64,000 bases of DNA, from positions 640,001-704,000 of the forward strand of contig CP143273.1 in the NCBI GenBank assembly GCA_051013385.1, in the 5' to 3' direction. Below the pieces are notes generated by a model. It was not told where the DNA came from. It did no database searches and saw only the letters and a program-made list of their open reading frames with translations. Position 1 is the first letter of the stretch, and each line of letters opens with the position of its first letter. This DNA comes from Phormidium sp. Its GTDB lineage: Bacteria > Cyanobacteriota > Cyanobacteriia > Cyanobacteriales > Aerosakkonemataceae. This document shows positions 11,601-20,176 of the stretch, in pieces. The position numbers were made by a program, and so were the translations under genes.

Positions 11601-14085
11601 TTCGGTGGGGGTTTTCGAAGCGGGGACAACGTCCCAGCCCAGGGAAAGAAAATGTTTCCAACTAATCCGAATTAACCCTTCGGTGGGGGTGGTGGTGGGG
11701 GTATGATGCCAAATCCATCAGGATGTTTCCAACTAATCCGAATTAACCCTTCGGTGGGGGGAAGGAGGTGACAAGAAACCGGAAGAGCCGAAAAGTTTCC
11801 AACTAATCCGAATTAACCCTTCGGTGGGGGCCAAGAAAAAACTCAAATTAAAAGGACAGAAGTCTCATGGTTTCCAACTAATCCGAATTAACCCTTCGGT
11901 GGGGGAGTTTTTGGAGAAAATTCATGAATAATAAAAATGTTTCCAACTAATCCGAATTAACCCTTCGGTGGGGGTACTATATTTATGTTCAAATTGTAAA
12001 TTTTCGTCTTAGGTTTCCAACTAATCCGAATTAACCCTTCGGTGGGGGCTATGCAAAAAGCAAATTTTGAAGGTTGCAAACCAAAGCAAGTTTCCAACTA
12101 ATCCGAATTAACCCTTCGGTGGGGGGACAAAAAAGCCATGAAAGCTCAAACCCTAATCGTTTCCAACTAATCCGAATTAACCCTTCGGTGGGGGTGGCTA
12201 CAATTAACTTAACCAAAGGCGGCAATAAAATTGTTTCCAACTAATCCGAATTAACCCTTCGGTGGGGGTTAACCCCGGAAACGCACAAAACCAGTCCGGT
12301 ATGACTTGTTTCCAACTAATCCGAATTAACCCTTCGGTGGGGGAAGATTATATTGGAAACGGACGACCCAGGTTCATTCTGTTTCCAACTAATCCGAATT
12401 AACCCTTCGGTGGGGGATTTGACCAATTTGTCCAGCGTCTTCGGGGTTACAATAGTTTCCAACTAATCCGAATTAACCCTTCGGTGGGGGGAACAGCGGG
12501 ATCTAACCCGCGACGAAATCAAGGAGGGAAGTTTCCAACTAATCCGAATTAACCCTTCGGTGGGGGAAGTCGCACAAGAATGCGGTTTGCAAACGGAAAA
12601 ATTTCCAAGTCTTTAATTCTACATTAGAGGACGGAAAGTTTCCAACTAATCCGAATTAACCCTTCGGTGGGGGAAAAGGCGATTTTATAAAGAAAAATGA
12701 GGGTATCTTTGGTTTCCAACTAATCCGAATTAACCCTTCGGTGGGGGTCTTTGATGGGGATACTGATTGAAAAAACAAAACAGGTTTCCAACTAATCCGA
12801 ATTAACCCTTCGGTGGGGGACTACCTACTGAAACTGATGTCGAAGAACTGAAAAAAGCAGGTTTCCAACTAATCCGAATTAACCCTTCGGTGGGGGCTCC
12901 CGATGGTGTTAACGTCAATGGTACTTATGGTGTTTCCAACTAATCCGAATTAACCCTTCGGTGGGGGTCAAAAAAAACGATGGGATTTTTAGTCCTGACG
13001 TTGAGGGTTTCCAACTAATCCGAATTAACCCTTCGGTGGGGGAGGAAAGCGTTGCCTGCAATTGGACAATTACAGACTTTTGTTTCCAACTAATCCGAAT
13101 TAACCCTTCGGTGGGGGTTTATTTAACTATTAGATGAGGGTTTTTTAAAAACTTGTTTCCAACTAATCCGAATTAACCCTTCGGTGGGGGAATTTCAGTG
13201 ATGGCGTTAGGGATGGTTTTATTGGGTTTCCAACTAATCCGAATTAACCCTTCGGTGGGGGCTGCAATTGCAATTTCTGCTTCTTTACCTAACATAAAGA
13301 GTTTCCAACTAATCCGAATTAACCCTTCGGTGGGGGCCGGGTACAAATCCGGTTCAACAGCGGAAAAGTTATTTTTCGTTTCCAACTAATCCGAATTAAC
13401 CCTTCGGTGGGGGACACTTGACCGCCAAATTGTTGACGGAACAGGAATAATGGTTTCCAACTAATCCGAATTAACCCTTCGGTGGGGGAAAATTTCGGCT
13501 TGGTTGGTTTTGCTGCTCTTTCTGTTGTTGTTTCCAACTAATCCGAATTAACCCTTCGGTGGGGGGTGGTAACTTTGAGTCTACTGATGTAATTAGAACA
13601 TTAAAAGTTTCCAACTAATCCGAATTAACCCTTCGGTGGGGGACAGCGGCAACAGCGGCAACAAACTCAGCCGCAAAGTTTCCAACTAATCCGAATTAAC
13701 CCTTCGGTGGGGGAAAATTTTTGGGGGGTGATTACATTTATACTTGCAGCTGGTTTCCAACTAATCCGAATTAACCCTTCGGTGGGGGGTTTCTATTTAC
13801 TTTACAATACTCATTGGAAGAAGTGTTTCCAACTAATCCGAATTAACCCTTCGGTGGGGGTCGCGTAAGCCCACGCGTTCGCGAAGGGGCGGGGACAGTT
13901 AAGTTTCCAACTAATCCGAATTAACCCTTCGGTGGGGGTGTCGCTCGACTTTTTCATTTTTGGAATCTTCACCACACAAAGTTTCCAACTAATCCGAATT
14001 AACCCTTCGGTGGGGGTTTTTATAACTTTATTAGCTTTAGTTTTTTATCGTTTCCAACTAATCCGAATTAACCCTTCGGTGGGGG
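5660..14085 (-). CRISPR. CRISPR array, about 114 repeats of 36 bp and about 113 spacers (mostly 29-44 bp, one of 71 bp)
   Basis: Repeat GTTTCCAACTAATCCGAATTAACCCTTCGGTGGGGG, counted by hand. On the minus strand it ends in GAAAC, and the leader and cas2 lie at the right end, so transcription is from the minus strand. Confidence 0.99.
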
Positions 14086-14531
14086 AGTTCGCCGTAGAGC
14101 CTTTACCCAGAGAGGGTTTCAAGCATCAAATCGACGCACCTGTTAGAAAGATTGTAGATCGACATCAAACGAGGGGTCAACAACATGGCTCAAATCCAGT
14201 CATGGCAAGGCATCGACGCAGGTTAACCATTTTGGGTGGGTTTTGGGAATTGTGGGAGGTGTGTCGATCGCTTATCTTCAACTCCCAAAATTTACCAAAA
14301 GCTAGATATAACAATGGTTTGAGCGATTTCAATATCTTAGGAAGTCAGTGTTTTAGACCTACCTGCACACCTCCACTCAAACAGCGAGGATGGGGGGTAA
14401 ATAGGTGCGTCGATCGCAGTAGCTAAACTCGATTAACTCTGACAAATCCATACGATAGAAGGCTTTGGGCTATTTTAGAGCAGATGAAGTAGAAGCATTG
14501 AGCAATCGACACACCATCGCCCACGACTCTA
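14086..14531 (-). promoter_or_regulatory. CRISPR leader
   Basis: Region between cas2 and the first repeat. Contains several ATCGAC(G/A)CACC-like motifs in both orientations. Confidence 0.7.
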
Positions 14532-14804
14532 CTAAATCACGTAATAGTTCGGCGGCGCTTCCGGTTTTTCGCTACCAATAGTTAAAACCACTGAAGTTGC
14601 TTCTTGCGGTATCCAGTAAAAACGGACATTATCCTCTTTTGGATTAACTTGCCGCTTCACCTTCGCATACAACACTCGCATCTCATCCAAACTAATAAAA
14701 CATTCAAACACAGACAATTGAATTCTTTGCCCGTAGCCCTCCAAAAAGTTAGATAGCTTGACGCGCCTTTTATCATCAGGAATATCATAAACCACAACAA
14801 CCAT
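14532..14804 (-). CDS. cas2: CRISPR-associated endoribonuclease Cas2
   Basis: Motifs VVVYDIPDDKRR, GYGQRIQLSVFEC and DNVRFY. 90 aa, downstream of cas1. Confidence 0.97.
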   Translation of the reverse strand: MVVVVYDIPDDKRRVKLSNFLEGYGQRIQLSVFECFISLDEMRVLYAKVKRQVNPKEDNVRFYWIPQEATSVVLTIGSEKPEAPPNYYVI

Positions 14805-14810
14805 TGGTAA

Positions 14811-15815
14811 TTAAGCTGTTCGCAAAAAAGGTTCGTAAGCTACACTGTGTAAAAGAGCGCGTTTGTAACGTCGAACTTGTAATTGAATTGCTTCTCGATA
14901 GGTAACTTGCGATTGTAAATCTGGATGGGAAACTTGTTCGTTCATCCGTCTTTCAAATTGGTCAAGGAAAACTTTTCTCGCTTCCCCCCTTAAATAAGTT
15001 CCTCCGGTAGTAGCTACAGTTTCAAAATCCGTTGGTTTGAACATCCCTGTATTGATTATTTTCAACACAAAGCTATCTACAATTGGCGATCGGAATTCTT
15101 CCATTAAATCGAAAGCCAGATAAGGTTTCTGCTCGTCGCCATAGTGAAAATTAGCAAAATATGGTGATAATCCTTCAGCAATAATTAAGGTTAATACATT
15201 GTTGAATAACAAAGTATAACCAAAGCTGAGTAAGGAATTAACTGGATCGGTGGGTGGCTGACGATAACGTAACGAAAAACTAAAAGAAGGATTAGTAATT
15301 AAGTTACCAAATGCCGGAAAATATCGGGCTGCACCAATACCTTCGTAACCACGTAAACTATCGAGATTATCTACCAGATCGAGAGCATTGATATCTGAGT
15401 TAATGCCTGCGATCGCCGTCGCAACTTCTGCCACTTTTCGCTTGCGATTCAATCTCAGTAATAGCTGTTTAGAATTCATTAACTTACCATAGACAATAGC
15501 GCGAGAAACCTGCAATTGGAACCGAAAATCTTGACGTTTCTCAATTTGGATTAATTCATTAGCTAAATGATTAGATTCAGCACTCCAAAGATGTCCCTTA
15601 TACTGACCTGACAAACTAGAAAACAAGACGATAATTTGTTCTTGTAAGCAAGTATTAATCGCTTGGGTACTAATTTGCACATTCCCAAAAACCAGTATAC
15701 GTTTAACATCCCGAATAGGTATTTCTCTGGTTTCAGCTTCGGGAACCCAAACCACAAAGCGGTAATTCTCCTTGTACAAGTTTGTTCCTTGTTCAACTAA
15801 ATAAAGAGTTCCCAT
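14811..15815 (-). CDS. cas1: CRISPR-associated integrase Cas1 (probably the C-terminal part of an RT-Cas1 fusion)
   Basis: Motifs LRGYEGIGAARYF, RQPPTDPVNSLLSFGYTLL and LAFDLMEEFRSPIVD. Its frame stays open upstream to the A9 run at 15926-15934. Confidence 0.97.
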   Translation of the reverse strand: MGTLYLVEQGTNLYKENYRFVVWVPEAETREIPIRDVKRILVFGNVQISTQAINTCLQEQIIVLFSSLSGQYKGHLWSAESNHLANELIQIEKRQDFRFQLQVSRAIVYGKLMNSKQLLLRLNRKRKVAEVATAIAGINSDINALDLVDNLDSLRGYEGIGAARYFPAFGNLITNPSFSFSLRYRQPPTDPVNSLLSFGYTLLFNNVLTLIIAEGLSPYFANFHYGDEQKPYLAFDLMEEFRSPIVDSFVLKIINTGMFKPTDFETVATTGGTYLRGEARKVFLDQFERRMNEQVSHPDLQSQVTYREAIQLQVRRYKRALLHSVAYEPFLRTA

Positions 15816-15892
15816 TTCTTGATTCCAAATATTTTTATTAGTGCTGCTAGTGCTAGTTTCTGATTCAGCAAATTCAACAGTAGAGGGAAAAG

Positions 15893-16945
15893 TTAACGTC
15901 GGTGACGCTGCTTGGATCTGGAGACTTTTTTTTTACTAGCTTTACTTTCACTTTTTGGTGAATCTACTGGAAAGATAGCATTTTCTAGAAACCCATGACC
16001 CAGAAACCGAAAACCATGCTCAAAGTTAGTAATTTGGGTTTTTTGGGAATGCAGTTCTAAACCTAAACTCTGCAAAATTTGCTGGACTTCCCCGTAAGCT
16101 TCCACAACTTTTTCTTGACTAGTAGCTAATACTAAAAAATCATCAGCGTAGCGGACTAATTTCTGTGACGAATTAGCAATAATGCAATCAAATTCATCTA
16201 AGTAGATATTAGCTAGTAATGGCGAAATTACTGCTCCTTGGGGAATTCCTCTGGCAGCTTTGACAATTCCTCTTTCGGTTAATACACCAACAGAAATCCA
16301 AGCTTTAATTAAACATAATATACCAGGGTGGTCTAGATGTTTTCTGACTTCTTGCAATAGTCGTTGGTGGTTGATGCGATCGAAAAATTCTGCAATATCG
16401 CCATCTAATACCCAGCGATAACCTAAATCTCGCCACCGAGCTACTTCTTCTACTGCATTCAAGTAAGATAAATTAGTACGATAGGCAAAGCTTGCACTTT
16501 GAAACCTTTTTTCCATTAATGGGGCCAGAACATTCAATAGTGCTTGCTGGACAATTCTATCTCGCACTGCGGGAATTTTTAACTCTCGCCAACTGCCCTT
16601 TTTTTTGGGAATTAAAACTTGTTTATAAGGCAAGGGTTGATAGGTGCTGTTCGCCACCGTATTTCTCAATTCTAAGATATTAGTATTTAGATTCAGGCTA
16701 AAATCATCGATCGTTTGGGCATCAATACCGGGAGAACCTTTGTTTTCCGCAACTTTCACCCAAGCACGTTGAAAGTTAGGTAAACTGAGAAATTCCTCAG
16801 TAAATTGGCTAAATAAGTCTCGGTTTGTACTGAAATTCAGTGAACCCACTTCTAACATAATCCCATTCCTCGACAAAACTGATAATCGATCGAGATTATG
16901 GCAACTAGAAGGAAACGGGGTTTTCCTAATGTTAAGTTTTGGCAT
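15893..16945 (-). CDS. CRISPR-associated group II intron-like reverse transcriptase (N-terminal part of RT-Cas1); true start may be downstream, e.g. 16858
   Basis: Motifs RELKIPAVRDRIVQQA, GDIAEFFDRI, GIPQGAVISPLLANIYL, RYADD and FRFLG. No maturase/En tail. Directly upstream of cas1. Confidence 0.95.
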   Translation of the reverse strand: MPKLNIRKTPFPSSCHNLDRLSVLSRNGIMLEVGSLNFSTNRDLFSQFTEEFLSLPNFQRAWVKVAENKGSPGIDAQTIDDFSLNLNTNILELRNTVANSTYQPLPYKQVLIPKKKGSWRELKIPAVRDRIVQQALLNVLAPLMEKRFQSASFAYRTNLSYLNAVEEVARWRDLGYRWVLDGDIAEFFDRINHQRLLQEVRKHLDHPGILCLIKAWISVGVLTERGIVKAARGIPQGAVISPLLANIYLDEFDCIIANSSQKLVRYADDFLVLATSQEKVVEAYGEVQQILQSLGLELHSQKTQITNFEHGFRFLGHGFLENAIFPVDSPKSESKASKKKVSRSKQRHRR

Positions 16946-16953
16946 TCACTTCG

Positions 16954-16985
16954 GCGATACGCCTGACGGCACGCTACGCGATCGC
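16954..16985. repeat. SDR5-like 24 nt insertion in a HIP1 site
   Basis: GCGAT-ACGCCTGACGGCACGCTACGCGAT-CGC. A related copy of identical length is at 19185-19216. Confidence 0.6.
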
Positions 16986-17377
16986 TACAACAACAATACC
17001 AACGTCTGCTTGATGCTCACAAACTTTTAGAAAAAGGTTGGGGATTATTTCTGGGAAAAACAGAGGAGCAACGTCTGGAGTTAGAGGGCAAGATTAATTT
17101 AATTAAAGTTAAAGTTCGCTTCTTTCCAACAGTCATCGATTTCATATTGGAAGGAGAAAAACGGCATCCTACGCAACGGCTACGCAAGGGGCCAATAGAT
17201 AGCCTTACCGGAAAGTTTGCTTATGTGGATTACATTGTTGAGTTGCCACCTCGTTCATTGGGAGAATTTAGCTGGTGGGTTTGTCGCCAGATGGAAAACG
17301 CTGAAGTTCTGGAACCAGATTTTCTTAGACAACAACATTATCAAGCTGCTTTGGCACTGGTGGCGCGTTACCAGTGA
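16967..17377 (+). pseudogene. 5'-truncated WYL/WCX-domain regulator remnant
   Basis: The frame is open from 16967 (after a TGA in the HIP1 insertion) and reads AHKLLEKGWGLFLG...VKVRFFPTVIDFILEGEKRHPTQ...LPPRSLGEFSWWV...AEVLEPDFLRQQH. This resembles the C-terminus of cyanobacterial WYL proteins; the N-terminal domains are missing. Confidence 0.7.
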
Positions 17378-17532
17378 GCTTCGGGCTATAGCCACTCAGC
17401 GATCGCCCTTACAGCACACAAACCATCTTTTCATGCCTATATTTACATAAAGTTACAAAACATACAGTTTTGTTGAGAGTTTTCGGAGTTAATAAATGTA
17501 GCCCCTCCTTTCCTCTGACCCGGAACTAACTT

Positions 17533-17763
17533 ATGTTTGACTTAACTGCTGCCGACTACTCCCTCTTATCGTGGATTCAACAGTCTGGAGTAGCCGCACA
17601 AGCCCTGTCCATCTGCTTTCATCCGGGCTGTTTAATGGTGCAGTGTCAAACTATAGAGGATGCAACGAAACTGTGGGAACTGCGCTCCATCCTCCAACTT
17701 GGAAGCATCGAGTTGTGCTTTCGAGTCAATGGCGTTTTTTATATGGCTACCGCCATTAGATAA
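17533..17763 (+). CDS. Small hypothetical protein
   Basis: 76 aa ORF with an ATG start and protein-like composition. Confidence 0.5.
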   Translation: MFDLTAADYSLLSWIQQSGVAAQALSICFHPGCLMVQCQTIEDATKLWELRSILQLGSIELCFRVNGVFYMATAIR

Positions 17764-17888
17764 TTGCAAATTAATCAAAACCTAACCCTAGATGAGCTTT
17801 TGGCTTTGTCACATTATTTCGGATCGATCGCGAACAGTCACGCAAAGCGCGAAGCTTTATAGACAAAGCCTAAGTTCAACAATTATGA

Positions 17889-18389
17889 CTATTGTAGGTT
17901 CTCTACTTGAGTTTTAATCGTTTGCCAAGCTGATAATACTCCATCAATCCATCCTTGTGCAAAGGAAATCCGGCTCATGGGATCTACTTCCAGCAAGTAG
18001 GCAAAATCCGCATCCAGATGACGTGCTTGTTCTGGATAATCTTTTTGATTCAGGTAATTCCACAGGTAGTCCAGCACATCTTCATCCAAAGCAGTTGCGA
18101 GAGACTGAACTCGTTCAAAATGACGGAAATCTTTGTAGGACAACTTAGCACTGGAACGAATTCCTAATTCAAAACCTTCTTGACGAACCTTGTTGAGGAG
18201 TACTTTCTTTTCTGACTGAAGGCGTTGGACTAAATTTTCGTCTTCGGCAACTTGGACTTTGAGTTCTTCGATTGTGATAGCCATCTCTAATGCCTCCTGG
18301 CAAACGGCAGAAATATTGAAGTGTTGCTTGACGGGTTGAAGTCGGGTAAACAGTGATTCCGGTACTGCGATAGTAACTCTTTGACTCAC
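17889..18389 (-). CDS. Putative ribbon-helix-helix DNA-binding protein
   Basis: N-terminus RVTIAVPESLFTRL...FNISAVCQEALE is RHH/CcdA-like. GAGG lies upstream of the GTG start. Confidence 0.65.
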   Translation of the reverse strand: MSQRVTIAVPESLFTRLQPVKQHFNISAVCQEALEMAITIEELKVQVAEDENLVQRLQSEKKVLLNKVRQEGFELGIRSSAKLSYKDFRHFERVQSLATALDEDVLDYLWNYLNQKDYPEQARHLDADFAYLLEVDPMSRISFAQGWIDGVLSAWQTIKTQVENLQ

Positions 18390-18665
18390 AATTTCCTCTC
18401 CCGTGCTGTCTACTCTTATACAATAACTCGATTAATTGCATAATTACTCACCTTGAGACAATTCGTTACATAATATACAGAATGAACAAAAAAAGTATGC
18501 AACCGAGGGACACAACTATCGGGGAGTCTCGCTGACATCCTTTGCTAACAGGCTTTTCCGGCTTTCCGGCTTTTAGGCACGTTCAATTACCTGGAAGAAC
18601 TACAAAGTCATGGACTTGGACAGCAGGTATCACGGCTTTACTAGAGCGATCGCATCTGGAGGAAA

Positions 18666-19070
18666 TTAGCTTCTGCTTTTCAATTCTGATGTTGTTGCGT
18701 CAGACTCAAACAGTTCCACTAAACCAACGGTGCCGACAAAAAATGTATAAATGGCATATTGAATCGGCTTATGTTGTTTGGCAGGTGCATAAATAGCCGC
18801 AACGACTGCCTCGATTAAATGAACTCCAATCGCTAAATGTCCTAACCCAAGAATTAACATCAAGCTACTGGGGAACTGACCGTGAGAGAGTCTGGCTTCA
18901 AGATTCCATAATTCCAGTGCGATCGCAGCGACCATCACAACTGGAGATATTACTTTGAGCAAGCTGACAAGTTTTTTCTTACCCTCGTTTAAAGTCAGGC
19001 GATTCATTCCAACATTTCCGGTAACAACTCTTCTATCATGAACCTGGCGATCTTGCCTATAAACTATCAA
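18666..19070 (-). CDS. Small membrane protein (start probably downstream of the listed one)
   Basis: Three hydrophobic segments, including HLIEAVVAAIYA and YAIYTFFVGTVGLVEL. Confidence 0.6.
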   Translation of the reverse strand: MIVYRQDRQVHDRRVVTGNVGMNRLTLNEGKKKLVSLLKVISPVVMVAAIALELWNLEARLSHGQFPSSLMLILGLGHLAIGVHLIEAVVAAIYAPAKQHKPIQYAIYTFFVGTVGLVELFESDATTSELKSRS

Positions 19071-19184
19071 CAGTTTACAAGATTATGTTTACTTTAGCGT
19101 TATCAAAGTTTGGCAAATGCCAAAATATTCATGCAACTGCCGAATAATCTTTTTTAACAGGTAATGATAGGAAAAGTAAAGACA

Positions 19185-19216
19185 GCGATATGCAACAGAG
19201 CACGCTGCGCGATCGC
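19185..19216. repeat. SDR5-like 24 nt insertion in a HIP1 site, inside a decayed small gene (MPKIPECDR...CLY)
   Basis: GCGAT-ATGCAACAGAGCACGCTGCGCGAT-CGC, alignable to 16954-16985. Confidence 0.55.
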
Positions 19217-19367
19217 ATTCAGGAATTTTGGGCATCTTACAAGCTGAGATGATGTAACGCCACTTGTATTTTGACAATGATAAAGATGCCGCAGTGAAAG
19301 TAGTAGATTAAATTGATGCGATCGCTCTGGTGCCATTCGAGTACAACAAATTGTGATGTGCTGTGCC

Positions 19368-19779
19368 TTAATTTTCCTCACTTAGCGCAAATTTAGCAAA
19401 TACTTCTGCTTCTGTCAGATTTAGAGTTTGATTAGCAAATTCATAGTAACTAGGTTTCCGATCGATAAAGATTTGCTCCTTAAACTCAAACTCAATTTCA
19501 TTCTGAAACAGACCTGCTGGGACAAAATATTCACTCGTCGGCAACAACTTGTAGAAAATATGCGTGCCGCATTCACCACAAAAAGCTCTTTGCGCCCATT
19601 CTGAGGACTGATACACTTTTAGTTTTTCAACACCGTCTATTTGTACATCCGAACCACAAGCTATACAATCATGCCGGTCTGCCGCCCCATCGCCGACACA
19701 TCCCGCAATGACAGGCATCGATGCTCTTTTTATCTGGGGTTCGGACGGTGATTGCACCGCAAAGACACTTACCATCCAT
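19368..19779 (-). pseudogene. Frameshifted GFA (CENP-V-like) family gene
   Basis: ATG at 19779 (GGAG upstream) reads MDGKCLCGAI...ACHCGMCRRWGGRPA* and stops near 19670. The C-terminal half (YQSSEWAQRAFCGECGTHIFY...QIFIDRKP) is in another frame. Confidence 0.8.
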
Positions 19780-19872
19780 TTCTCATCTCCTCACTATCAA
19801 GCGATCGTTAGTCTGATTATAAAACTCATTTCTGTTACCAGCTTTTCATCATTAAAAACAAATTAGTAGAGC

Positions 19873-20038
19873 GATAATCATAACAACTGGAAAGAGAAAA
19901 ATCTGATGGTTGTCCACGAAAGCTGCCACGACTACATCCATAAGAGCAAATAAGGTTGTCGGGAGCCGTGTGCGGTGAAAGTCGCACGCACGGTTCTAAG
20001 TGAGAGGGGCGAGGGGTAATGCCCTCCCTCGACTCAAC
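19873..20038 (+). mobile_element. 3' remnant of a group II intron (end of the intron-encoded protein HNH domain, plus RNA domains V and VI)
   Basis: DNHNNWKEKNLMVVHESCHDYIHKSK* (stop 19951-19953) is followed by a canonical DV, GAGCCGTGTGCGGTGAAAGTCGCACGCACGGTTC (19963-19996), and a DVI hairpin ending ...GACTCAAC. Confidence 0.9.
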
Positions 20039-20176
20039 CAGATAAAGCGATCGCCTGAAGGTATTTAGGCATAAACAAAACTGACTTCTGTTCTGTTGTT
20101 AAATTGTCATAATATTTGAGTTCAATAAATTCTAATTCTGAGTCATGAAGGCGAACTAATTTAACCTCCCGAAAAT

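Noticed and set aside
5696..14049. Self-targeting spacers matching this window
   Set aside because: None noticed by eye. An exhaustive alignment could not be run, so this is unproven rather than excluded.
5753..14426. Numerous short ORFs containing PTEGLIRISWK or FQLIRINPSVG, including the 164 aa ORF at 13932-14426
   Set aside because: They are translations of CRISPR repeats, spacers and leader, not genes.
15893..16945. RT as a group II intron, retron or DGR enzyme
   Set aside because: It has no maturase/En domain and no adjoining intron RNA, msr/msd or TR/avd. It is frame-linked to cas1.
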